Assembly (NCBI GenBank): GCA_016927275.1
Contig: JAFGMW010000116.1
Span: 1,456-65,455 of the forward strand
Reading direction: 5' to 3'
DNA: 64,000 nt
From: Pseudomonadota bacterium
Lineage (GTDB): Bacteria > UBA10199 > 2-02-FULL-44-16 > JAAZCA01
Part shown: one piece after another, positions 1 through 9,433 of the stretch
Layout of the letters: every line of letters begins with the position of its first letter
Numbering within the stretch: the first letter of the stretch is position 1
Translations under genes and position numbers: made by a program
Notes under the pieces: model-generated
The model's input: the letters and a program-made list of their open reading frames with translations, nothing else
Told to the model about the DNA's origin: nothing
Databases searched by the model: none

Positions 1-30
1 GTGTGCAGCGATACGAGCATTGAAATCCCC

Positions 31-543
31 CTACAGCAGAATCAGGGCCGTGATGGTCCCGCTCACGAAGAAGCACAGCACCGCGATCCAGCTCGAGACC
101 GCGAGCTGGAAGAAGCCGCTTATCCCGTGGCCGCTGGTGCACCCCCCTGCCCAGCGGGCGCCTATCCCCATGATCGTCCCGCCCACCAGCGCCCAGAAGA
201 GGCGGACCGCCGGGGCGGCGCCGAACTTGAGCGCCCAGCGCTGAGGGACCCACGTGATGCCATAGTCCCCTGAGATGAGGGCCGCGATTGCCGCGCCGAT
301 GACGATGCCGAGCACCAGCATCCACTGCCAGTCGACCTGCGGCTCCACCTCCCGGAAGAAGCGGTTTCTCTCGACCTTCTCCGCGTGGAACACCTTGAGT
401 ATCATCCCCGTGGTGCGCGCGAAGGAGGTGGAGGCGCCGAGCGGCTTGTCCGATATCAGAAACGATATCCAGGAGAGCACGCCGATCCCTGCGCCCACCG
501 CGTACGGCGACCACCTGTGCATCGAGAGCCACTCCACCCTCAA
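31..543 (-). CDS. YeeE/YedE-family membrane protein (putative sulfur-compound transporter), half-size 170 aa form
   Basis: Translation contains the GCTSGHG motif typical of YeeE/YedE repeats and is hydrophobic throughout. Full-length proteins are ~350 aa, so this may be one half of a split pair. Confidence 0.6.
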   Translation of the reverse strand: MRVEWLSMHRWSPYAVGAGIGVLSWISFLISDKPLGASTSFARTTGMILKVFHAEKVERNRFFREVEPQVDWQWMLVLGIVIGAAIAALISGDYGITWVPQRWALKFGAAPAVRLFWALVGGTIMGIGARWAGGCTSGHGISGFFQLAVSSWIAVLCFFVSGTITALILL

Positions 544-888
544 CCTCCGCTCAAATCTTGCCTAAGATAAATGATCCGTTGATATGACACAAGGTTATCA
601 AGATGCTTGAACCTGCTTCGGGTGGCGCCGGGTCGGGGGCCCCCATTTGACGCCAGCAGCCGCTTTCGATATTTGCCGATATTAGGTGATTGATGCGGCG
701 ATGCCGCAAATGGGGTTGACCCGGCGACAGGACCCGAAGCCACAAAAGCCATTGATATCATTAGGTTATTTATTGAGTCCGCATTGTTAATAAAAAAATG
801 AGGTTTCACGCAACCTCTCCCTTTTTCAGCCGATAACTATGGAGAAAGGGGAGGCCGGCGCACGGGAGTCCGCGCGCCGCCTATAGGG

Positions 889-3111
889 GTGATGAAAATA
901 GGTGTTCAGACAACTCTTCTTTCCTCCGTCTTTTCCTCCACTTCGATGGTGGGCGCGTCGCTCGCCGGCTCGCAGCTGGCCCTCGGTTCAGCGGGCATCT
1001 TCCTTGGGCCGAGCAGGAACCTGGCAGCGATCACCGCCTCACAGAGAGATCCAGGCCGCTGCCCTGCTGCTGTCTTTGCCAGGGCCAGCGCCACTGAGAC
1101 GCCGGCGTTCGGATATTCACAGGTCGCGCCCAGGGCAGCCATTGTGTCAAAGGCCGGGGCGGTCGCCTCAAAAAAGAATCCAGTCCAGACCGCGGCGGTC
1201 GGGGCCGCATCGAAGACGGAGGTGGCCGGCGAGAGGGGTTCGCCTCTTCTCCATGCGCCCTCTGAGGAGCGCGTTTCCGAGACGGGCGGTTCGGCCGATG
1301 CGCCGGATGAATCGGGCGTCATGGGCTGCTCGTCAGAGGGGTGCGCCGAGCGGTTCGAGTGTCCGGCGGAGTCGGTTGCCTTGTTCGCCCAGGCAGCTGT
1401 GATCGGCTTTGTTATCGGCGTGGAGTTCGCGATATCGGGCGGAGACGATGATGGGCTTTCGGTGTCCGGCGGCAGCGGAAAGGGCGCCGTCACTCCCTCC
1501 CAGCGCTTGACGCCGGAGCAGGGGGGCGCCATTCGCGGCCTTTCGGCCCGGCCCGCACTTGCGCAGGAGGAGACTTTGCGCCCTGTCTCCGATCTCGAGC
1601 CGTCGGCGCAGATGCGGTTCCCCGGTGCTGACGCTTCCTCCATAAGGTATATCGCGAAAGAAGCGGCCGAGGCCGATCGCGCGATCGACGCTTTTGCGAA
1701 GGGGCTGGCCGGCTCGGTCGCGGTCCTAACTGCCGCGGGACGTGGCGACAGGCCCAGGCTGATCTCGAATAAAATATTCCAGGAGCTCGCCAGGATGGGT
1801 TCCTTCAAGGGCGGGCCGTCGATCGCCGATTCGGAGGCGTTTACAGAGACGCTTGACGGCGCAGCGCTCGATCTCGAGATGGGCGGCCGCAGGATCGAGG
1901 CGATCTTCGCCAGGCACGACGGCAGGCTCGTATTCGCCGGATGGCGTGAGGCGGGGGACAGGGCCTTCGTGGCGCAGCCGGATGTCGCCCGCGAAGAGGC
2001 AGGCAGGATAGAGGCGCGCTTCGACGGGATGAGGGTCATGGGCCTCGGCCAGGCCGGCGGCGAGTCCTCTTTCGGCAAGGAACCGCTCGAGATAGACGAC
2101 CCCGAAGTCGTCGAGAGGCTCCTGGGCCTCATCCTCGCGCAGCTTGCGGCGGGGCCCGGGTCCCTTGCGCAGGGCGACATGCTCAGGCAGTTCAACGCCT
2201 TTGTCCGCGCCAGGCTCTCCAACGGATCGAGCGCGCCGCACACCCCGGAGCAGTGGGAGGCGTATCTCAAGGAGGCGCTGGTCTCGGCGGTCAGGCTCTC
2301 CATGCCATTCGACGAGAGGGGCGCTCGCTCCATAGAGCAGATCGAGTCGGACGCGGCGCGCATCCTGGGAATCGATCTCGTCAGGGTCTCGGAGTGGGAG
2401 GAGCACCTGGGCGCCGAGTTCATATCGGAGCAGCTCTTCGAGACCGCCGGGAGCCTGTCCATGGAGTTCGACCGGTCGTCGCCCAAGGCCAGGCTGGCCG
2501 CTGAATTCACAGGCTCGATAGAGTCCATGGCGAAGAGGGCCACGGGCGCGTCGCCCGATCCCGCGGTCCCGTTCGCCGACGAGGCCTCGGTCCAGTGGGG
2601 CGTGGCCCGCGCCGGCATGATGGAAGGGATCACCGCGAAGGCCGATCAGGCGGCAGGGCTCATGAGGGAGCTTCGCCTCTCCGGCAAAAGGGGCATGGCG
2701 TCGAGGGCGCTCGCCATAATCTTCAGGTCCTCCGATGCGAGCGAGGCGGGTGCGCGCGAGGACGGGATAGTCCCGCGCTGGTCCGAGGCCGAGGTCGCGG
2801 CGGTGGTCAAGAGGCTCATGACCGACGAGACCTGGGACGTGGCGAGCCACCGGTCGTTCCGCATGCACCTCACGCCGGCCGAGAACGCGTTCGCCAACCG
2901 CCTGGTGGAGATGGCCAACCTGCACAACGTCGTGGACGTGGTGCGCTCCTTAGACCTCGCCTCTGAGCGCGACATCGACGAGGTCTGGGAAGCGATCGAC
3001 TCTTCGGGGCAGGGCGAGGCCATCATGTCGATGGTCGTCGGGAAGATGACCGACATCCTGAGGCTGAGCCCCGGGATAATAGACGCTTCGATGAGCGAAG
3101 AGTTGAACTGA
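889..3111 (+). CDS. hypothetical protein, 740 aa
   Basis: Longest ORF in the region with balanced D/E/K/R composition. Overlapping minus-strand ORFs are S/P/R-rich, typical of antisense artefacts. No recognisable motif. Confidence 0.45.
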   Translation: MMKIGVQTTLLSSVFSSTSMVGASLAGSQLALGSAGIFLGPSRNLAAITASQRDPGRCPAAVFARASATETPAFGYSQVAPRAAIVSKAGAVASKKNPVQTAAVGAASKTEVAGERGSPLLHAPSEERVSETGGSADAPDESGVMGCSSEGCAERFECPAESVALFAQAAVIGFVIGVEFAISGGDDDGLSVSGGSGKGAVTPSQRLTPEQGGAIRGLSARPALAQEETLRPVSDLEPSAQMRFPGADASSIRYIAKEAAEADRAIDAFAKGLAGSVAVLTAAGRGDRPRLISNKIFQELARMGSFKGGPSIADSEAFTETLDGAALDLEMGGRRIEAIFARHDGRLVFAGWREAGDRAFVAQPDVAREEAGRIEARFDGMRVMGLGQAGGESSFGKEPLEIDDPEVVERLLGLILAQLAAGPGSLAQGDMLRQFNAFVRARLSNGSSAPHTPEQWEAYLKEALVSAVRLSMPFDERGARSIEQIESDAARILGIDLVRVSEWEEHLGAEFISEQLFETAGSLSMEFDRSSPKARLAAEFTGSIESMAKRATGASPDPAVPFADEASVQWGVARAGMMEGITAKADQAAGLMRELRLSGKRGMASRALAIIFRSSDASEAGAREDGIVPRWSEAEVAAVVKRLMTDETWDVASHRSFRMHLTPAENAFANRLVEMANLHNVVDVVRSLDLASERDIDEVWEAIDSSGQGEAIMSMVVGKMTDILRLSPGIIDASMSEELN

Positions 3112-3119
3112 TCGCCTCT

Positions 3120-4499
3120 TCAGTATCCCTTTGCGATCTCCCTTATCTTCATGATGCAATCCAGCACGTTTTCCGTCTTCGTGCCGCCGGGCTGCGACCT
3201 TCGCTCGACCGCGCTCTCGAAAGATATGCGTTCGGCGAGCTCCGTGTTCGGGACGGGGAGCGCCTCCCTGGACCCTTTGCGCGTGACCTCGTGGACCTGC
3301 ACGCCCATGCGCTCCGCCCGCTCCACCATGCTCGCGGTGGCCGCGTAGGCCTCCCTGAACGGCATGCCCTGCGAGGCGAGAGCGTCCGCCATCTCGGTCG
3401 CCAGTATGTGGCCGCGGCCGAGGAGCTCCCTCGCGCGTTCCCTGTTAAGCGCCAGCCCCCTGATCAGCGGTGTCAGCGCCGACAGGACCTCCCTCGTCTC
3501 GTCGAACGCCCTGATGAAGGTCTTCTTGAGCTCGTGAAGATCGCTCGCGTAGCTGGTTGGCAGAGACTTGGCGATCGAGTGCGCCTCGTTGGAGAGGGAG
3601 ACGATCCTGGCAGCCCTCGCCCTTGCGCACTCGGCGACGTCGGGGTTCCGCTTGTTCGGCATGATGGAGCTTCCGGTGGAGTGCTCCGCGGGCAGATCGA
3701 TAAGCCCAACGGCTGTCGAGGACCAGATGACGATGTCCTCGCTGAGCCTGCCTGTGTGGACAGCGACCGAGGCGAAGGCGTCCATGAGCTCGATCATGAA
3801 GTCGCGGTCCCCGACCGCGTCGTAGCTATTCATGGGGGGTGAGCAAAAGCCCAGCTCCTCGGCGCAGGCAACAAGATCAACTCTAAGCGGGGTGCCAGAA
3901 AGCGCAGCCGAGCCGAGAGGCATACGATCGAGGCATGCATCCCTCGCCGAGCGAAGTCTCCTCAAATCCCGCACGAAGGCCAGCGCGTGAGCAGAGGCGA
4001 TATGGCCGAACGAGACCGGCTGCGCGTGCTGCAGGTGCGTGGTGCCGGGTACGATCGCGTCCGCGCAACGCTCACCCAGGTCGCAGAGCGCCGCCGAGAG
4101 CGACGAGGCGCGTGATGCCGTATCTTCGGCGCATTTCGCCGCGAAGAGCCTGAGGGTCGTCGCCACGAGATCGTTCCTGGAGCGGCCCATGTGCATCTTC
4201 CTGCCGAGATCGCCCGCCTCCCCGGTCACGAACCGCTCCAGGTTCATGTGTATGTCCTCGTCCTCCACCCTCCAGTCAAAGGTGTTGTCCGATATCTTCC
4301 CGAGCGCTCGCTCGAGCAGCCCCAGGACCGCTTCGGTCTCCTCCGGGTCGAGATATCCGCCCCCGCCCAGGGCCCGAGCCCACGCCCTCTGCACGCGGAT
4401 CTCGTGCTGGGCGAGCCTGAGGTCGAACTCGATGCCTCCGGTGAACTCGTACAGCGCCCGCTCGCCGCCCCTGTTGCGATCCGTAATCAGTACGCCCAT
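3120..4499 (-). CDS. argH: argininosuccinate lyase
   Basis: Fumarate-lyase signature GSSIMPNKRNPD. Length (459 aa) and N-terminal layout match ArgH. Confidence 0.95.
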   Translation of the reverse strand: MGVLITDRNRGGERALYEFTGGIEFDLRLAQHEIRVQRAWARALGGGGYLDPEETEAVLGLLERALGKISDNTFDWRVEDEDIHMNLERFVTGEAGDLGRKMHMGRSRNDLVATTLRLFAAKCAEDTASRASSLSAALCDLGERCADAIVPGTTHLQHAQPVSFGHIASAHALAFVRDLRRLRSARDACLDRMPLGSAALSGTPLRVDLVACAEELGFCSPPMNSYDAVGDRDFMIELMDAFASVAVHTGRLSEDIVIWSSTAVGLIDLPAEHSTGSSIMPNKRNPDVAECARARAARIVSLSNEAHSIAKSLPTSYASDLHELKKTFIRAFDETREVLSALTPLIRGLALNRERARELLGRGHILATEMADALASQGMPFREAYAATASMVERAERMGVQVHEVTRKGSREALPVPNTELAERISFESAVERRSQPGGTKTENVLDCIMKIREIAKGY

Positions 4500-4520
4500 C
4501 TTGCCTCCGTATTCTGATTT

Positions 4521-5732
4521 CTAGCCCAGAGCCTCAGGCTTTCTCCTCCCCGCCTGCCACTGCCTGTAGGAGAGGGTGCGGCAGAACCCGTGCGAGGCCT
4601 TGTTGAGCCCGAACTCATCGTGTTCAAAGCTCACCAGGGCCTTCCCGTAAAGGGAAAAAGGCGATGTCCTACCGGTTATGAACATGTGGCCGTTCTGGAT
4701 CTTGAGGCTGATCGTCCCGGTGAGCACACGGCTCGCCTCGGCGAAGTAGGCTTCTATCGCCTTCCTGGCGTCCGAGTGCCACAGCCCGTCGTAGACCAGC
4801 TCGGCATACCTCCTGCCCAGCTGGGATGATATTCCAAGGACGTTGCGGTCCCAGCACATGTGTTTGAGCACCTTGCAGGCGTAGTGGAGGATCGTTCCCC
4901 CGGGCGTCTCGTAGATGCCGCGGCACTTGATCCCGTTGGTCCGTTCCTCCACCATGTCCGCCACACCTATCCCGTGCTCTCCGCCGATCCCGTTGAGCGC
5001 CTGGAGCAGTCGCGCCGCCGACAGCCTTTCACCGTCGAGGCCGACTGGGATCCCCTCCTTGAACTCGATCGCAACCTCGGTCGGCATGTTTACGCAATGT
5101 GTGTGCGGCCTCGTCCACTCGTATATCCTCCCGGGGTCGAACTCCTTTTCCACCTCCTCGAGTATCTCTCCCTCGCACGATCTGTGGAGGAGGTTCACGT
5201 CGACGCTGTAGACGCTCGAGGCGCCGCCGGCGTCGAAGCCCCTGGACTCGAGGAAGCCGACCAGGTCGCTGCGGCCCTTGTAGTCCCAGATCTTCCACGG
5301 GGCGATGATCTCCATCTCCGGGACGAGATAGGCCCACGCCAGCTCGAAGCGGATCTGATCGTTGCCCTTTCCCGTGCATCCGTGCGCGATTGCGCGGGCG
5401 CCCTTCGCCTTTGCAATCTTCGCCACCCTCTCGGCTATCAATGGCCTGCCGAGCGCCGTGCCCAGCAGGTAGTCGTCCTGGTAGATCGCGCCGGCCCTCA
5501 CCGCCGGGAAGACGTAGTCGCGCGTGAGCTCCTCCTTGAGGTCCTCGAAGATGAACTCCGCTGCGCCGAGCTCCTTCGCCCTGCGCGCGAGCCAACCCTC
5601 GTCGGGCGCGTTGCCGAGGTCGGAGCAGTACGCGATCACCTCCGCGTCGTATTTCTCTACGAGCCACGGGATTATTGCCGATGTGTCCAGTCCGCCCGAA
5701 TATGCCAGCACGATCAGTTTTTTCTCCATCAC
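4521..5732 (-). CDS. argG: argininosuccinate synthase
   Basis: N-terminal AYSGGLDTS PP-loop motif. 403 aa, colinear with ArgG. Located upstream of argH. Confidence 0.95.
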   Translation of the reverse strand: MMEKKLIVLAYSGGLDTSAIIPWLVEKYDAEVIAYCSDLGNAPDEGWLARRAKELGAAEFIFEDLKEELTRDYVFPAVRAGAIYQDDYLLGTALGRPLIAERVAKIAKAKGARAIAHGCTGKGNDQIRFELAWAYLVPEMEIIAPWKIWDYKGRSDLVGFLESRGFDAGGASSVYSVDVNLLHRSCEGEILEEVEKEFDPGRIYEWTRPHTHCVNMPTEVAIEFKEGIPVGLDGERLSAARLLQALNGIGGEHGIGVADMVEERTNGIKCRGIYETPGGTILHYACKVLKHMCWDRNVLGISSQLGRRYAELVYDGLWHSDARKAIEAYFAEASRVLTGTISLKIQNGHMFITGRTSPFSLYGKALVSFEHDEFGLNKASHGFCRTLSYRQWQAGRRKPEALG

Positions 5733-5813
5733 CCCTCCTTTACATTAATATGCGCGACTAAGCATAAATAGTCACATTATACAAGTAAAAATGGGTTAAT
5801 TTATGATTTCATC

Positions 5814-5825
5814 GCATAATTATGC
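5814..5825. promoter_or_regulatory. perfect 12-bp palindrome GCATAATTATGC (ARG-box-like) in the argG upstream region
   Basis: tcGCATAATTATGCac lies in the AT-rich region 5733-5890, immediately upstream of the argG start. It resembles ArgR/AhrC operators (TGnAT-wwww-ATnCA). A related GCATAAATAG lies at ~5762. Confidence 0.4.
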
Positions 5826-5890
5826 ACTAATTGAACAGGGGAGTTCCGGCAGGGAACGGGGTGGATCCGCGTCCGGATGGATCATCCGGC

Positions 5891-8800
5891 CTATGAGCGC
5901 ATCGCTATCACCTGCAGCGCGGCATCGGTGCGGTATTTTTCAAGGGCCGCGACGGCGGCATTGCGGACGACCTCGTCCGGGTCGCGGGTGAGCTCTACCG
6001 CGCGCCTGGCCGATTCGGCGCAGTCGAAATGGGGGAGGGCCTGCGCCATCCGCAGCCGCACGACGGGATTCTCGTCGGTGCTCCTGGCTATGATCCAGGG
6101 CAGGATGCGCTCGTCCTCCGTGATGCTGAGCGCAGTGGCGACGACTGACCGCACCTCGTCATCGTTCGTGTGCAGGTAATGAGCCAGCCTGGGCACGTAT
6201 GGCGCCGTGTCCAGGCCGGTCCTCTTTAAAGCCGCGACAGCGCTTGCCGCTATTATAATGAGCTTCTGCGGCGCTTTCTCGGTCTCCAGCATGTCGAATA
6301 TGCTGTTCAGCCCATCTGCGGGCTTCAGCGCAAGGAGCGACTGCGCGGTGAACAATATCACCGTCGAGTCCTTTTCGGTCCTCAGCATCTCCTCCAGCAT
6401 CGGTGCGGCGCTCATAGGCTGGCGGAACATGCTTATCGCCTGCAGGGCGAGGAGCTTCAGGGTTGGAGAGTTCTCCGCCGAGCCCTCCTTGCCTGCGACG
6501 AGCGGCATGTCCATCATCGCCATGTGAAGGAGATCGCTGTCCGTGCAGTTATCAGGCATCTCCAGCGGATTCAGGATGGGCTTGCCGGTTGACTCCAGCG
6601 GGCTCTGCGTGATCCTGTCCATCATGGCGATCCAGTCCCTTTGATTGCGCCTCGGCGGTTCAAAGACCATGTCCCTCTTTCCGCGAGGCGAATTCGAGGC
6701 GCGCCCGACCCTCTTCGCTGTATTGTGGTAGCGCTCCAGGTCCCTGGCCAGCAGAGCGGCCACGTCCGGCGCATTCCACTTCATGAGAGCGTGCACTGCC
6801 AGGTATTTCACGCGAAGGTCCCTGTCGCCGGCCAAGTTTACGATCGATCTGATGAGCTCGATGCTCGGCCTCTCGATCTCCCTGTGGGAGGGGGTGCCCT
6901 TCCTCGGATCCGGCGGACCCTCGATCTCCGCCTCCGGCTGAGCGCCGCTCGCTTCCGGCTGCATATCCGTGATCATGGCCCTCAACGCCGCGATCCTCAC
7001 GTCGGGGTTTTCGTGATTCGAGAGGTTCTTCAGGTGACTCATCTTCTCCGCATCGTCCAGCAGTACGGCAGCCATTGCGGAGGCGATTTTGAAATGCGGT
7101 GAGCTGCGCTCCATGCCCAGCGTCTTCTTGACCCATGCGATCGCCTCATCCGACCTGTCCCCTTTCTTGAAGCAGGCGACAAGCAGCGCAGGGTGAGCCG
7201 CCGGATATCTCTCGAGGCTCTCTATGAGCATCGGGATGTCCGGTATCTGCGACGATCCCGTCGCCTTTTGAACCAGGCGGGTGATGATCGGGATGTACAC
7301 TTCGAAGCGGAGGTCCATGCCCGCAGGGGTTCTGCCGTTGGCTGCGGCGGCCTTGCCCGCAAGGTGGGCGATGATCCCGGCGGTGTGAACGGGATCGTCC
7401 AGCAGATCGTCAAATCTCTGGAATATCGCCTTGTAGCTTGCGGCGTCGAGCCCCCTGCCGTTCAATGATTTTTTATTGTTGAGCTTCTCCTGCAGATCTA
7501 TCGCCCAATCGACAAACGAGAGGGGGGAGATCGTTGCGTAGCGTCTGGCCAGGATCCTGGCCTTGATCCCCTGGAGCCTCAGCCTGTTGGCTTCCGCCCT
7601 CTTCCATTGGTTGCCCACGTGGTCCCCGGGAGCCCCTGTGTTCAGCGGATTGTTTCTCGTGAGAGTCATTATCGGGCTGACGACCGTTTGTTCGAGCATC
7701 AGGCCCACGGTTTCAGGATCGTAGAGCATGTCCGGATGGCTTTCGGTGTCAAAGTGACCGCCGTTCATGATCCTGGCCAGGAAGGCGTCGTCGCTTTCGG
7801 CCCACTTCTCTATGAGGGGGATGGAGTCTATGGACCTCAGTTTCTTAAGATGCTCGAGGGTGCTGCCGAATCTTAGGGCCGCCTCGGCTTCGAAGCCGTC
7901 CTCCGGGATCGTTGCGCGCGCCCTAGCGAGGGCGGCTCTGGATTCGGGAAAGTCGTCCACGAGCGGGTTGGCTTTGAAGTGGGCGGCCAGCTCCCTGCCC
8001 AGACCGGGTATTGCGCTGAGGATGTCGGGGTTGCGCATTATCTCCGAGTGGATGCGGTCTTCGCCCGACCGCTCGGTTCGGCCGCCCGCGCTCCATCTCG
8101 GTTCTTCCGGCTCTTCCCGGCCCGGGCCGAAGTCGTCTATGAAGATGTCATCTCCAGCCTTGTCGCGCGTCAGGTGCTCGAACAGCGGGGCGTTTTGTGA
8201 TATGAGCTTCGTCGCTATCTCGATCAGGAAGGGATGTTCGTCGAGAGACTCCGGCCGCCCCTTTATCCTCTTAACCGCCGCAGAGACCATCTTGGGATAC
8301 GCCTCGCTCTCGGCCCTCTCCTCCGCCTTCTTGGCCTCACGCTTCAAGATAATTTCTGTTGGAAGTGAAAGAAGCCCGTCGGATGGATCATCGATATCAA
8401 GCCTTTCCAGCAGGGCTGAGCCGCTCACCATCCTGTCGATGTTCATTTCAAGGCTGGACACGTCCATCGCGGACCAGAGCCTCAAGAAGGCCTCCTTAAG
8501 CTCCGACTCCTTGATCTCCCCGAGAGCGTAGGCGTAGAGATACTCCCCGATGTTCTCGCTGCTTCCGCGTTTGACGTCCATGATCACGTTGGCCCTGAGC
8601 TTGAGCCTCTCTTCGTCCGGGTCGCTTTCGTCGACGCTGAATGGCGCGTATATCTCGTGAAAGGGGACGGCCAGCACAGACCCGCCGAAAACATGGCCGG
8701 CCTTGAGCCATCGCATGCGCTCCCCTGAGTCGCTCCTGTCTCCGAAGAACCAGTCGTCGCTACCTTCCAGCACCATGACCATGTCCTCGTTCATCTGATT

Positions 8801-9433
8801 CTTTTTCGGCTCATGGTGCAGGGTCTGAAAGATGTGGTTCGAAGGGTCGGATTCGGCGTAGTCGATGCATTTTTCGGCCATGGCCATGGCGGATTGCATG
8901 CAGGTCGTCGAATGATCCTGCGAGCCATAGAGACGCTCGCATTGCTGCGCTTCCTTCGCGAAGTTGACGGCGCAAATATTAATCAGATCGTAACGGCTCA
9001 GAGGTTTCGAGGAGAGTGTGAACCGGGCACCTGCTGATCTGCCGGGCATTGCCGTCCCGTCAGGCCTATTTCTCTTTCCGGTCGTCGCCATGTGCAGAAA
9101 GAACTGGGGAGAATAATACAGGGCGTCGGAGTCAGATATGTAAGAGGCCGTGTCCGTTGAGAAAATTGAGATGAAAGAGCCGTCCGAGAGCCCCATCTCC
9201 ACCTGTTCGGCAAGGCATGTCTCGTCGGAGGGAGGCCCGTCGCCGCGGCACTCCATCCTGATCCTGTCGGCGAGACCGTCGCCGTTGAGATCGGCCTCGA
9301 TGGTGCGCCTTATCGCCTTGCCCTGGCTGTCGTTTTTCACCACGCCCATATCGAATCCCCTTCCGGGAGGCTCGTCGTCGGCCGTCACCGTTCGAGATTG
9401 GAACCCGCGACCCCGTTCTTCAGCCTGTTGCAC
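5891..9433 (-). CDS. large hypothetical protein (1180 aa) with C-terminal HEAT/PBS-lyase-type repeats
   Basis: C-terminal repeats of the form ENPDVRIAALRAM, DRDLRVKYLAVHAL, DENPVVRLRMAQAL and DPDEVVRNAAVAAL. The N-terminal region has a DLNGDGLAD motif and no other recognisable domain. GC content is lower than the flanking genes. Confidence 0.6.
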   Translation of the reverse strand: MQQAEERGRGFQSRTVTADDEPPGRGFDMGVVKNDSQGKAIRRTIEADLNGDGLADRIRMECRGDGPPSDETCLAEQVEMGLSDGSFISIFSTDTASYISDSDALYYSPQFFLHMATTGKRNRPDGTAMPGRSAGARFTLSSKPLSRYDLINICAVNFAKEAQQCERLYGSQDHSTTCMQSAMAMAEKCIDYAESDPSNHIFQTLHHEPKKNQMNEDMVMVLEGSDDWFFGDRSDSGERMRWLKAGHVFGGSVLAVPFHEIYAPFSVDESDPDEERLKLRANVIMDVKRGSSENIGEYLYAYALGEIKESELKEAFLRLWSAMDVSSLEMNIDRMVSGSALLERLDIDDPSDGLLSLPTEIILKREAKKAEERAESEAYPKMVSAAVKRIKGRPESLDEHPFLIEIATKLISQNAPLFEHLTRDKAGDDIFIDDFGPGREEPEEPRWSAGGRTERSGEDRIHSEIMRNPDILSAIPGLGRELAAHFKANPLVDDFPESRAALARARATIPEDGFEAEAALRFGSTLEHLKKLRSIDSIPLIEKWAESDDAFLARIMNGGHFDTESHPDMLYDPETVGLMLEQTVVSPIMTLTRNNPLNTGAPGDHVGNQWKRAEANRLRLQGIKARILARRYATISPLSFVDWAIDLQEKLNNKKSLNGRGLDAASYKAIFQRFDDLLDDPVHTAGIIAHLAGKAAAANGRTPAGMDLRFEVYIPIITRLVQKATGSSQIPDIPMLIESLERYPAAHPALLVACFKKGDRSDEAIAWVKKTLGMERSSPHFKIASAMAAVLLDDAEKMSHLKNLSNHENPDVRIAALRAMITDMQPEASGAQPEAEIEGPPDPRKGTPSHREIERPSIELIRSIVNLAGDRDLRVKYLAVHALMKWNAPDVAALLARDLERYHNTAKRVGRASNSPRGKRDMVFEPPRRNQRDWIAMMDRITQSPLESTGKPILNPLEMPDNCTDSDLLHMAMMDMPLVAGKEGSAENSPTLKLLALQAISMFRQPMSAAPMLEEMLRTEKDSTVILFTAQSLLALKPADGLNSIFDMLETEKAPQKLIIIAASAVAALKRTGLDTAPYVPRLAHYLHTNDDEVRSVVATALSITEDERILPWIIARSTDENPVVRLRMAQALPHFDCAESARRAVELTRDPDEVVRNAAVAALEKYRTDAALQVIAMRS

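Noticed and set aside
1-273. Plus-strand ORF 1..273 overlapping the YeeE-like gene
   Set aside because: Antisense to a gene with a recognisable GCTSGHG motif. Pro/Arg-rich.
906-2925. Long minus-strand ORFs (575 aa and 399 aa) overlapping the 740-aa plus-strand ORF
   Set aside because: Ser/Pro/Arg-rich low-complexity translations typical of antisense frames in high-GC DNA. The plus-strand frame has a protein-like composition.
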